DNA of 64,000 bases from NCBI GenBank assembly GCA_963422395.1, contig OY729431.1, positions 960,001 to 1,024,000 of the forward strand, read 5' to 3'. The notes beneath the pieces are model-generated. The model worked only from the letters and a program-made list of their open reading frames with translations, made no database searches and had not been told where the DNA came from. Each line of letters begins with the position of its first letter. The stretch's first letter is position 1. This DNA is from Vicinamibacteria bacterium (GTDB lineage Bacteria > Acidobacteriota > Vicinamibacteria > Marinacidobacterales > Marinacidobacteraceae). A program made the translations under genes and the position numbers. Below, in pieces: positions 39,348 to 48,428 of this stretch.

Positions 39348-39376
39348 CAGTCCGTGGACGAAGCGGCGCGGGTACC
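39348..39376. repeat. Isolated degenerate MITE end
   Basis: cagtccgtggacgaagcggcgcgggtacc vs caggccgtggatgaagtggcgcgagtacc (30376). Confidence 0.6.
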
Positions 39377-39419
39377 GCGCCTGAAGGCGGCGCGGGGCCA
39401 TAATGCGAGCCCGCGTCCC

Positions 39420-41069
39420 ATGTCCCGGCCCGCTCCGATCCGCTTCGAGACCCATCCGTCGCGTTATCGGCACTGGACCCTCGACACCGAAGGTCCGGTC
39501 GCCTGGCTGACGCTGGCGGTGGACGAAGGGGGCGGGCTGCGGCCCGGATACGCGCTGAAGCTGAACAGTTACGACCTCGGGGTGGACATCGAGCTCGCCG
39601 ACGCGGTGGAACGGCTGCGTTTCGAGCATCCGCGGGTGCGCGCGGTGGTGGTGCGGAGCGGTCTCGATCGGGTGTTCTGCTCCGGCGCGAACATCTTCAT
39701 GCTCGCCGCGGCCTCGCACGGATTCAAGGTGAACTTCTGCAAGTTCACGAACGAAACGCGCCTCGCGATCGAGGACGCGAGTGCGAGAAGCGGGCAGCGC
39801 TATCTCGCGGCGCTGTCGGGAACGACTGCCGGCGGCGGGTACGAACTCGCCCTCGCCGCCGACGAGATCCTGTTGGTGGACGATGGCAGTTCGGCGGTCT
39901 CGCTTCCGGAGGTGCCGCTGCTCGGGGTCCTTCCCGGCACCGGGGGTTTGACCCGGGTCCTGGACAAGCGCCGGGTGCGGCGCGATCTCGCCGATGTGTT
40001 CTCGACGCTCGCCGAGGGCGTTCGGGGCCGCCGGGCGCTCGCCTGGGGGCTGGTGGACGGGCTCGCGCCCCGCAGCCGCTTCGAGGACGAAGTCCGCCGG
40101 CGGGCGGCGTCGCTCGCTGCCTCGTCCCCCGCCGCCCTCCCCGAGGCGGCGGTCGGCATCGCCCTGGAGCCGCTCGATCCCGAAGAAGGGGAATGCGGGA
40201 TCCGCTACCGGCATGTCGAGCTCCATTGCGACCGCAGCGCCCGCACCGCCACCCTGACGGTTCGGGCTCCGGCGAACCCGCCCCCGGCCACTGCTGCCGA
40301 GCTGCGGGCTGCGGGATCGGCGCTATGGCATTTGCGGATGGCGCGCGAGCTCGACGACGCGCTCTGCCGGCTGCGCTTCCACGAACCGGAACTCGGAGTG
40401 GTGCTCCTGCGCACAGCGGGAGATCCGGATGCGGTTCGGGAAGCGGATCTCCGGCTGGGCGGGCTCGCTGCGGAGTGGCTCGCGCGGGAGGCCCGCTTTC
40501 GGGTTGCGCGGACTCTCCGCCGTCTCGATCAGACCGCCCGCAGCTTCTTCGCGGTCGGGGAGCCGGGGGAACAGTTCGTGGGGACCCTCGCCGAACTGCT
40601 GCTCGCCGCCGACCGCTCATACCTCTGCGACGATCCCGTCCGGCCTGCCCGGGTCGAGCTGACTCCGGTGAACTTCGGGGCCTATCCGACGGCGAACGGA
40701 CGCTCGCGACTCGAGAGTCGTTTCGTCGGGGAGCCGGAGCGGATCGAAGTCCTGCGGGGGCAGGGGGCGGCGTCCGCCGCCGAGGCCGAGAGGCTCGGGC
40801 TCGCCACCTTCGCCCCCGACGATCTCGACTGGGAAGACGAACTGCGCGTCGCCGTCGAGGAGCGCGCCGGGTTTTCGCCCGACGCGCTGACCGGGATGGA
40901 GGCTTCGCTCCGGTGTCCTGGTCCGGAGACGATGGAAACGAGGATCTTCGGCCGTCTCTCGGCGTGGCAGAATTGGATCTTCCAGCGTCCGAACGCGATG
41001 GGCGAGCGGGGCGCGCTCACCGTATACGGCCGCCCCGAGCGCGCCGCCTTCGATTGGGAGCGGACCTGA
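39420..41069 (+). CDS. boxC: 2,3-epoxybenzoyl-CoA dihydrolase
   Basis: YRHW.L, YALKLNSYDLGVDIEL.DA..RLRFEHP, KVNFCKFTNETR, RIFGRLSAWQNWIFQRPNA. Confidence 0.95.
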   Translation: MSRPAPIRFETHPSRYRHWTLDTEGPVAWLTLAVDEGGGLRPGYALKLNSYDLGVDIELADAVERLRFEHPRVRAVVVRSGLDRVFCSGANIFMLAAASHGFKVNFCKFTNETRLAIEDASARSGQRYLAALSGTTAGGGYELALAADEILLVDDGSSAVSLPEVPLLGVLPGTGGLTRVLDKRRVRRDLADVFSTLAEGVRGRRALAWGLVDGLAPRSRFEDEVRRRAASLAASSPAALPEAAVGIALEPLDPEEGECGIRYRHVELHCDRSARTATLTVRAPANPPPATAAELRAAGSALWHLRMARELDDALCRLRFHEPELGVVLLRTAGDPDAVREADLRLGGLAAEWLAREARFRVARTLRRLDQTARSFFAVGEPGEQFVGTLAELLLAADRSYLCDDPVRPARVELTPVNFGAYPTANGRSRLESRFVGEPERIEVLRGQGAASAAEAERLGLATFAPDDLDWEDELRVAVEERAGFSPDALTGMEASLRCPGPETMETRIFGRLSAWQNWIFQRPNAMGERGALTVYGRPERAAFDWERT

Positions 41070-41084
41070 CGAACAGCGAGCAGG

Positions 41085-42491
41085 ATGTCCGAACTCGATT
41101 CCCTGATCCCGAACAATGTGGACCTGTCGGCGGATCCCCGCCTCCAGCGGGCGCTGCTTCGCTGGCAACCCGCTTTCCTCCGCTGGTGGAACGATATGGG
41201 GCCGGAGGGTTTCCGGGGGGACGAGGTGCTGCTGCGGACTGCGGTTTCGGTGGAGCCGTCGGGGTGGTCGCACTTCGATTTCGTGCGGATGCCCGAATAT
41301 CGCTGGGGGATCTTTCTGGCGCCGCCGGAACCGGATCGCCGCATCGGCTTCGGAGACCTCGTCGGCCAGTCGGTGTGGCAGCAGGTTCCGGGAGAATTCC
41401 GGGGCGACCTGAGGCGGCTCATCGTCACCCAGGGGGACACCGAGCCGGCGAGCGTCGAGCAACAGCGGAAGCTCGGCAGTACGGCTCCGAGCCTCTACGA
41501 CCTGCGCAACCTCTTCCAGGTCAATGTGGAGGAAGGGCGCCACCTCTGGGCGATGGTCTATCTGCTCCATTCGCACTTCGGCCGGGACGGCCGCGAGGAA
41601 GCCGATGCGCTGCTCGAACGATCGAGCGGCGATCGAGACCGGCCGCGCATCCTCCAGGCCTTCAACGAGCCTTGCGACGATTGGCTGAACTTCTACCTCT
41701 TCACGATGTTCACCGACCGCGACGGCAAGTACCAGCTCCTCGCGCTCGCGGAAAGCGCCTTCGACCCGCTGTCGCGGACCACGCGCTTCATGCTCACCGA
41801 GGAAGCGTTCCACATGTCGGTGGGGGAGACCGGCGTGGGCCGGATCGTCGAGCGGACCGCGGCGGTGATGGCCGCCGGGGCGGAAGCCCCCGAAGAGGCC
41901 GGGGTCTTCGACCTGCCCCTGATCCAGCGCCACATCAACTTCTGGTTCAGTGCGTCTCTCGACCTGTTCGGCGGAGAGGTGTCCTCGAACGCCGCTCACT
42001 ACTTCGCGAGCGGACTCAAGGGTCGGGCTCGGGAGTCGCGGCACCGGGATCATGCCGCGCTCGAGGGGGTCTATTCCCTGGAGATTCCCGAGGACGGAGC
42101 GTTGCGGCGGCGCGAAGTAGCGCTGCGGAACGCGATGAACGAGGTGCTGCGCGACGATTACATCCGGGATTGCGAACGCGGCGTCGCGCGCTGGAACCGC
42201 ATCCTCGAGGAGGCGGGACTCCGCGAACGTCTCACGCTCCCGAACCGGCGTTTCCACCGGCGCATCGGAGCCTACGCGGCCCACCGGTTCGATCCCGGGG
42301 GCGATCTGGTCGAAGAGGACCGCTGGGAGCGGTGCCGGGACGACTGGCTGCCGACCGCCGCCGACCGCGCCTATGTCGAAAGCCTGATGATTCCGGTCAC
42401 CGAACCGGGCCGGATGGCGTACTGGATCGCGCCGCCGCGGAACGGCGTGAACGGCAACCCGGTCGGCTACGAGTATGTGCGCCGCCCCTGA
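41085..42491 (+). CDS. boxB: Benzoyl-CoA 2,3-epoxidase subunit B
   Basis: IPNNVDL, IVTQGDTEPASVEQQ, NVEEGRHLWAM, FTDRDGKYQL, EEAFHM diiron motifs. Confidence 0.95.
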   Translation: MSELDSLIPNNVDLSADPRLQRALLRWQPAFLRWWNDMGPEGFRGDEVLLRTAVSVEPSGWSHFDFVRMPEYRWGIFLAPPEPDRRIGFGDLVGQSVWQQVPGEFRGDLRRLIVTQGDTEPASVEQQRKLGSTAPSLYDLRNLFQVNVEEGRHLWAMVYLLHSHFGRDGREEADALLERSSGDRDRPRILQAFNEPCDDWLNFYLFTMFTDRDGKYQLLALAESAFDPLSRTTRFMLTEEAFHMSVGETGVGRIVERTAAVMAAGAEAPEEAGVFDLPLIQRHINFWFSASLDLFGGEVSSNAAHYFASGLKGRARESRHRDHAALEGVYSLEIPEDGALRRREVALRNAMNEVLRDDYIRDCERGVARWNRILEEAGLRERLTLPNRRFHRRIGAYAAHRFDPGGDLVEEDRWERCRDDWLPTAADRAYVESLMIPVTEPGRMAYWIAPPRNGVNGNPVGYEYVRRP

Positions 42492-42536
42492 AGCCGATCC
42501 CCTGACCGACGGCGCTTCCTGTATGGAGCTCCCCTG

Positions 42537-43712
42537 ATGGAGGTCGTGGTCGCGGGAGCGCGGCGCACTCCGATCGGGCGGTTCGGGGGTGCGCTGGCCC
42601 CGCTGACCGCTCCCGAACTCGGCGCGGCCGCGGCGCGGGGGGCGCTCGCCGCGGCCGGCCTGCCGGCGGAAGCGGTGGACGAAGTCGTCTTCGGGAACGC
42701 CCGGCAAGCCGGAGTGGGGCCGAATCCGGCGCGCCAGATCGGGCGGCGCGCGGGGCTCTCCCACGCGGTTCCGGCGCGCACGGTGAATCAGGCCTGCGCT
42801 TCGGGGCTCCGCGCGATTCTGGATGCGGCTGCGGCAGTTCGCCTCGGTGAGGCGCAAGCGGTTCTCGCCGGGGGCGTGGAGAGCATGAGCAACACGCCGT
42901 ACTTGCTGCCTGCCGCGCGTTTCGGGCATCGGTTCGGCGATGCCCCGCTCGAAGACGGCATGTTCCGGGACGGATTCCACTGCCCGCTGGCCGATCAGCT
43001 CATGGGGGAGACCGCCGAGACCCTCGCCCGGCAGTACGGGCTCTCGCGTACCGCATGCGACCGGTATGCCGCCCGCAGCCAGAACCGCGCGGAGGCGGCG
43101 CGCGATGCCGGCCGTTTCGAGCCGGAGATCGTCCCGCTGCTGGTGCCGGCGCGGAAGGGGGAGATCGAGGTCACCCGGGACGAGCATCCCCGAGACGGCG
43201 TGACCGCGGAGTCGCTCGCCCGGCTGCCTCCGGTGTTCCGAGAGAACGGGGTCGTCCACGCCGGGAATTCCTCGGGCATCACCGACGGCGCGGCGGCGGT
43301 GGCGGTGCTCTCCGGGGCCCGGGCGGCCGAGCTCGGGATCGAACCGATGGCGCGTCTCGTGGGCAGCGCCACGGCGGGAGTGGATCCGCGGTTGATGGGC
43401 ATCGGGCCGGTTCCCGCGGTCCGTCAGCTGCTGGCGCGAACCGGGCGCCGCCTCGCGGACATCGCGCTCGTCGAGCTGAACGAGGCGTTCGCGCCGCAGG
43501 TGCTCGCCTGCGCCCGCGATCTGGATCTCGCCCCGGACCGGCTCAATGTGAACGGCGGGGCGATCGCGCTCGGGCATCCCATCGGGGCGAGCGGCGCGCG
43601 CATCGTGGTCACTCTGCTCCACGAAATGGAGCGCCGGGATGTGGAGTACGGAATCGCCGCCCTCTGCGTCAGCGGCGGGATGGGGTCGGCGGTCCTCCTC
43701 TCCCGAATGTAG
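42537..43712 (+). CDS. Thiolase (acetyl-CoA C-acyltransferase)
   Basis: [46 protein letters not shown]. Confidence 0.95.
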   Translation: MEVVVAGARRTPIGRFGGALAPLTAPELGAAAARGALAAAGLPAEAVDEVVFGNARQAGVGPNPARQIGRRAGLSHAVPARTVNQACASGLRAILDAAAAVRLGEAQAVLAGGVESMSNTPYLLPAARFGHRFGDAPLEDGMFRDGFHCPLADQLMGETAETLARQYGLSRTACDRYAARSQNRAEAARDAGRFEPEIVPLLVPARKGEIEVTRDEHPRDGVTAESLARLPPVFRENGVVHAGNSSGITDGAAAVAVLSGARAAELGIEPMARLVGSATAGVDPRLMGIGPVPAVRQLLARTGRRLADIALVELNEAFAPQVLACARDLDLAPDRLNVNGGAIALGHPIGASGARIVVTLLHEMERRDVEYGIAALCVSGGMGSAVLLSRM

Positions 43713-43804
43713 CGGCGAGATCCCAGCCCCCGGTCTGCGGGGCGCGGCAGAGCCTCCTGCTTCGCTGCGGATAGGTCCGCTTCTTCCTGCGTAGAATCGT
43801 TCCG

Positions 43805-45607
43805 GTGCGCTTACTGGACTACCTGGCGATTCAGAACTTCAAGCAATTCGGGGAGGAACAGCGGATTCCGCTCGAGCACCCGGCGGTTCTGATCGGACCC
43901 AACAACTGCGGCAAGACGACCGCGATCCAGGCGCTCGCGCTCTGGTCCCAAGCCGTCAGGACCTGGTTCGCGGCCAAGGGAGCGGCGCCGCCGAAACAGC
44001 GCACGGCCACCGCCCTTAACCGGCTGTCCATCATCTCGGTTCCGGTACAGCGCACCCGTTACTTCTGGCGGGACACCGTGGTGCGGCGCGGCAACCGGGA
44101 CATTCCGCTCCGAATCACCGTCGGCCTCCGGCGCGGGAACGCCGTCGAACCGGTGACCATGCGTTTCCGGAACCAGGGCGAGGACATCGTCTATTGCGCC
44201 CCGGACGAAACCACCCTGCAGGCGCCGGAATCCATCGAGGCGGCGGCGCGTCTGCGGGTTGCGCTCCTCTACCCGCTGTCAGGGCTCGATACCGAAGAAC
44301 CGGTGCTGCAGCCCGGGCGCATCGATGTGCTCATCGGACAAGGACAGACGGCACAAGTGCTCCGCAACCTGTGTCTGCTCATTCACCGGGATGCTCCGGA
44401 AGATTGGAAACGAATCCTCCAGTGGATGGAGCGGCTCTTCTCGGTCCAGCTCGGTGACCCGACGGAGACCGGGCGCGGAAGCATCTCCCTGCGCTACCGC
44501 CAGGCGAAGGTGAAGGAACCCCTCGACATTTCTCTCGCCGGCCGCGGGCTCCAGCAGATTCTGCTGCTTCTCGCCTACCTCTACTCCCACCGGAAGAGCG
44601 TGCTGTTGATCGACGAGCCGGACGCGCACCTGGAGATCCTGCGCCAGAGACAGATCTACATCCTCTTGCGGGACATCGCGGCGGAAAATGAATCGCAGGT
44701 CGTCATGGTCACGCACTCCGAAGCGATCCTCGACGAAGCCCTCGACCGAAACCTGACCTTGCTCCTGGGAGGCCGGGCCGACGATCTGGCGGCCCGCACC
44801 GGCATCCGCACCGCGCTGAAACACTACGGCACCGAGCACTATCTCCGGGCGGTCGAGCGGCGGTATGTCCTCTATGTCGAGGGACGGACGGACCTCGATG
44901 TGCTGCGGAGCCTCGCAGCCCGGATGGAGCATCCGGTAGCCGAAGGGTGGGACCAGAGGCTCAATGTTTTCTTCGTTCGGGACAATTACCCGGGGGAAAC
45001 TCTCGACAGGGAAATCGAACGGGTCGAAGGCGCTTTCGGCGCCACACCGAAAGAGCATTTCTTCGCGCTGCGCGAGATCGTGCCCGAGCTGCGCGGGCTC
45101 GCGCTCCTCGACAGCGACGGCGGTCTACGCTCCGACACCGACGAGGGCGGCCTGAGGATCGCCTGGTGGAAGCGCTACGAGGTCGAGAACTACATCGTCA
45201 CGCCGGAGGTGCTGCTGGCGTACACCGCGCACCGATACGGTGAGTCCTCTCTCTTCGGAGGCTTCCGCGAGGAAGCCGAAACGGTTCTCGACACCCTGAT
45301 CCGGCAAAGAGTCTTCGACGACGAGAGAGACTTCGAGACCTGGAGAAGTCTCTCTTCGGATCAGGCGCAGCTCGTTTGGGTATCTCGTACCGAGCGGCTG
45401 AAGCTCAGCGAATTCGCCGAAGAATTCTTCCGGCGCCTCGGCGAGCAGATCGGCCAGCCGATGCTGTTGCGCAAGGGGGAATTGCACCGTCTGGTTCCGT
45501 TCGCCGCGCCGGCTTCCCTCTCTTTGGAAGTGAGGGAAAAACTGGACCTGTTGCAGGCACTCTTCGATCGGGCCGATCGAGCACCGGCGGCGGGCGCTGG
45601 TGCGTAG
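43805..45607 (+). CDS. ABC-type ATPase fused to TOPRIM-like domain (OLD-family-like nuclease)
   Basis: IQNFK, IGPNNCGKT, SLAGRG signature, LLIDEPDAHL, VTHS, then YVEGRTD, LLDSD and YEVENY. Confidence 0.75.
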   Translation: MRLLDYLAIQNFKQFGEEQRIPLEHPAVLIGPNNCGKTTAIQALALWSQAVRTWFAAKGAAPPKQRTATALNRLSIISVPVQRTRYFWRDTVVRRGNRDIPLRITVGLRRGNAVEPVTMRFRNQGEDIVYCAPDETTLQAPESIEAAARLRVALLYPLSGLDTEEPVLQPGRIDVLIGQGQTAQVLRNLCLLIHRDAPEDWKRILQWMERLFSVQLGDPTETGRGSISLRYRQAKVKEPLDISLAGRGLQQILLLLAYLYSHRKSVLLIDEPDAHLEILRQRQIYILLRDIAAENESQVVMVTHSEAILDEALDRNLTLLLGGRADDLAARTGIRTALKHYGTEHYLRAVERRYVLYVEGRTDLDVLRSLAARMEHPVAEGWDQRLNVFFVRDNYPGETLDREIERVEGAFGATPKEHFFALREIVPELRGLALLDSDGGLRSDTDEGGLRIAWWKRYEVENYIVTPEVLLAYTAHRYGESSLFGGFREEAETVLDTLIRQRVFDDERDFETWRSLSSDQAQLVWVSRTERLKLSEFAEEFFRRLGEQIGQPMLLRKGELHRLVPFAAPASLSLEVREKLDLLQALFDRADRAPAAGAGA

Positions 45608-45660
45608 CGCCGGGCGGCCCGAGGGCGACCCTCACCCGCTGCCCGAAACACCTGTTGCGC

Positions 45661-45756
45661 ATCCGGATCGAGCAGGCATGGGTTGTTCATATCGGCGACC
45701 GACACCGACAAATCGATCAGAGAACCGCCATCATCGGATCGGGGGATTCGACCATC
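45661..45756 (-). pseudogene. Frameshifted 5' remnant paralogous to the gene at 47049-47684
   Basis: Encodes DGGSLIDLSVSVADMNNPCLLDPD vs DGGSLIELSVVLVADGNNPSLLNPD; nucleotide similarity to 47607-47709. Confidence 0.75.
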
Positions 45757-45971
45757 TCCGGGTGTGCCAGGCCAGCAGTCTTCATCGTACAGCGGGGAAT
45801 CGCGTTGCGATGAAGAAGGTGCGGCGAGGGTGGCAGCTGGAGCTGGGAAGTCATCCGCGAACTCCGCGGTGCCCTGACCCTCTCTGATCCCGGTCTCGAT
45901 TCGGCCGCCTGCCGAGCGGCGTGAGGAGACTCGCTGGGGACGGACTCGGCATCGGATCGCGAGCTCGCGTA

Positions 45972-46421
45972 TCAATCTGAATCTCCCCAAGTCGAATCTC
46001 CAGATCCCGGACGAGCCTGCCAGTGCGAGGCATCGGCCAATTCCTGGGCGTGCCGCTTCTGCTCCGTACGGTCCTCGACCACGGCGCGGGGCAGCACGAT
46101 GTCTGCGTGCCATCGATTGCCGGGTACGGGTGAAGAGCACACCTGCCGGGGTTTCTGTCCTGCCATCGCTGCGTCAACGACCGCCCATCCATGGAACGAT
46201 CTGTTCCGCCCCGCGCCTGCCTGTTCGGCGACGGCCAAGGATTCTCCGGGAGACGCTCTGCTCAGTCGATCCACGGAGATTTCGACCTTCCCTGCCTTCT
46301 CGAGAAACACATTGAGCGATACTCGAGTTCTCCGAGCGCGCTTCGATTCTCGCTTCGAGAATACGCCGCGCCCGAGACGCTCCTCCGGTGCGATGGGGGT
46401 GTCTTCAGGGGGCCGGGGCAT
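45972..46421 (-). CDS. Hypothetical 149-aa protein, possible ADP-ribosyltransferase-like toxin
   Basis: ERLGRGVF...EISVDR...NRWHADIVLP; start overlaps upstream gene end; fold is inferred. Confidence 0.6.
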   Translation of the reverse strand: MPRPPEDTPIAPEERLGRGVFSKRESKRARRTRVSLNVFLEKAGKVEISVDRLSRASPGESLAVAEQAGAGRNRSFHGWAVVDAAMAGQKPRQVCSSPVPGNRWHADIVLPRAVVEDRTEQKRHAQELADASHWQARPGSGDSTWGDSD

Positions 46422-47052
46422 CGAGTTCGGCCAGCGCTTCGTCGAGGAAACCGTCCGGCAGGACAGCCGCCGCGGCGTAGGCCGCGCGGCGATGTCCGGT
46501 CTTCGCATCGACGAGACATTGAACCCCGCCCGCCGAGGCACACAGCAGCAGCACCGATTGCCCCCGCCCATCCGGGGCATCCAGGGCGACTTCGCCGTCC
46601 GGGGTGGGGTAGATCTCGTAGCGCCGCCTGGATATGGCGAACATGCGCCGCAGCAGACGGCCGGCGTTGTCGACCGCCGGCTCGGATGGCTCGGGGAAGC
46701 CCTCCTCTCTCGCCTCGTCCCGGACTTCGTCGAGGTCGCGAAGCGCATCGGCGAGGTCTGTGGGAAAGTCCTCGGCGCCGTGACTCGCCGAAATCTCGAG
46801 CAGCTCTTTTTGCAATGACGGGATGCTTTGCCAATCCAGAAAACGCTTGAACAACGGCTGGATTAGTGAGCGCCAGATCCGCATCTTGGTTTCGGAATCG
46901 ACAGTCGGCGAGGTCTGGAATGGCATCGACTGCGACGACACGCTTTCCTCTGGAACTCGAAAATCCGGAGGTGCTGCGATAGGAGCCGGGAATACGGACG
47001 AGGAGGAAACCGGGCTGTGCGTCGAGGTATCGACGGCGGAGGTCGGTGTCAT
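46405..47052 (-). CDS. Hypothetical protein (Ser/Pro-rich N-terminus, acidic C-terminal domain)
   Basis: ATGA overlap with upstream gene; FPEPSEPAVDNA...EIYPTPDGEVALD. Confidence 0.7.
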   Translation of the reverse strand: MTPTSAVDTSTHSPVSSSSVFPAPIAAPPDFRVPEESVSSQSMPFQTSPTVDSETKMRIWRSLIQPLFKRFLDWQSIPSLQKELLEISASHGAEDFPTDLADALRDLDEVRDEAREEGFPEPSEPAVDNAGRLLRRMFAISRRRYEIYPTPDGEVALDAPDGRGQSVLLLCASAGGVQCLVDAKTGHRRAAYAAAAVLPDGFLDEALAELDAPAP

Positions 47053-47684
47053 GCTGTCGCCGTAGCTCCTCTGAATTGCTGCATCAGGCCGCGGACATCG
47101 GCCAGGTCGGAGTGCCAGCCGTTCAGAACGGATTCGACCTGCCGCTCGTTCGTGATCGTGTTCTCGCCGGACAGGTCACGGTGTACGTTCGCCAGGAACA
47201 CCCTGGCACCGGATTTCTCTGCGATGTCCAGTGTGATCGTTCTGTCACCGCAGGGGTAAACGAATTTCAGCTGAACATTCGGCCCGATCCCGCGGAACGA
47301 CATCCAGCGGCCCCGGTCGCGCAGAGCCGTCTCGAGGAGGGGGGCAGGTGCCGGCAGAGACTGCCGGAATCGCGGATTGATCCCCAAGGCGCGGCATGGG
47401 GGATGGGGGACGTGCTGCAGGTAGCGCATCGCAATTCTGGGAATCGAGTCGATCCGCTCGGCCGAATCGGAGGTGAAGACGATCCGCTGCGGATCAGCCG
47501 TGACGGTGACGCCGTCTTCAAAGGTCACTTGGGAAAAAACGGGGGTCGAGACCTGTGGGGAAGTGGGCCTGGACCCGTCCTCCACGATCCCGTGGCGAAT
47601 GAGGAAATCCGGATTCAGGAGGGACGGGTTGTTTCCATCGGCGACCAACACGACCGACAACTCGATCAGAGAGCCGCCATCCAT
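47049..47684 (-). CDS. Hypothetical protein (TIGR04255-like, tentative)
   Basis: SVVLV..NNPSLLNPDFL, LQHVPHPPCRALGIN, ANVHRDL pattern; first gene of a coupled triplet. Confidence 0.6.
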   Translation of the reverse strand: MDGGSLIELSVVLVADGNNPSLLNPDFLIRHGIVEDGSRPTSPQVSTPVFSQVTFEDGVTVTADPQRIVFTSDSAERIDSIPRIAMRYLQHVPHPPCRALGINPRFRQSLPAPAPLLETALRDRGRWMSFRGIGPNVQLKFVYPCGDRTITLDIAEKSGARVFLANVHRDLSGENTITNERQVESVLNGWHSDLADVRGLMQQFRGATATA

Positions 47685-47785
47685 CGGATCGAGAGAGGAT
47701 GCAACCATCACCATCAGGTGCAACGCACCAGCCCCCATCGTATCGCGGAAGGTGCGGGAGCGCCCCTGCCGAAAAGTGCTCGACT

Positions 47786-48421
47786 TCAAGGGGCGACCGA
47801 TCCGCTGGTGCGGATTCTGGCCGCCGCGTGGGCGGCGAGCGCCCGGAGGTGGCGGCGGGCGACGGGAGCGAGGCTGCGGTTGTAGAGGATCGCCGCCGGA
47901 TGGTAGAGAGCGACGAACTCGCGGTCGGGCCAGGCGGGCAGGGGGAAAAAGCGGCCGACGCGGGCGGAAAGCGGGCCGGTCGCGCGCTTGGGATCGAAGC
48001 GGCGGAGCGCGGTCGCTCCCAGCAGCGCCACGATCCGGGCAGGGGAGAGCGCGAGCTGACGGTCGAGGAAGGGCCGGCAGGCGGCGGCCTCCTCGCTCCG
48101 GGGAGCGCGGTTGCCCGGCGGTCGGCACTTGACCACATTCACGAGCAGCATATCTTCCTCGGTGGAGAGGCCCGCCTCCCTGCAAAGCTCGTCGAGCATC
48201 TTCCCGGCCCGACCGCAGAACGCGAACCCGGCGGCGTCCTCGGAAGCGCCGGGGGCTTCTCCGACGGCGAGGATCGCCGCTTCGGGGTTTCCCCGGTCCA
48301 CTACGATTTGGCTCCGGCCGGCGGCGAGTCCGCAGCGCTGACAGCCGCCCGTCCGCAGCCGCTCTCGGAAATCCCGGTAGTTTTCGGCTTCGAGCTCGAT
48401 TTCGAGCGGGGCGGCGCTCAC
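47786..48421 (-). CDS. Uracil-DNA glycosylase family 4
   Basis: CQRC, GEAPGASED, FCGRAG, NVVKCRPPGNR, YHPAA. Confidence 0.95.
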   Translation of the reverse strand: MSAAPLEIELEAENYRDFRERLRTGGCQRCGLAAGRSQIVVDRGNPEAAILAVGEAPGASEDAAGFAFCGRAGKMLDELCREAGLSTEEDMLLVNVVKCRPPGNRAPRSEEAAACRPFLDRQLALSPARIVALLGATALRRFDPKRATGPLSARVGRFFPLPAWPDREFVALYHPAAILYNRSLAPVARRHLRALAAHAAARIRTSGSVAP

Positions 48422-48428
48422 CGGTTGC

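Noticed and set aside
45770-45960. Peptide SSQRDSPLYDEDCWP reminiscent of an antitoxin C-terminus
   Set aside because: No credible start and only a few matching residues
47685-48185. N-terminal extension of ORF 47049-48185
   Set aside because: Overlaps udg in another frame; the paralogous remnant supports a start at 47684
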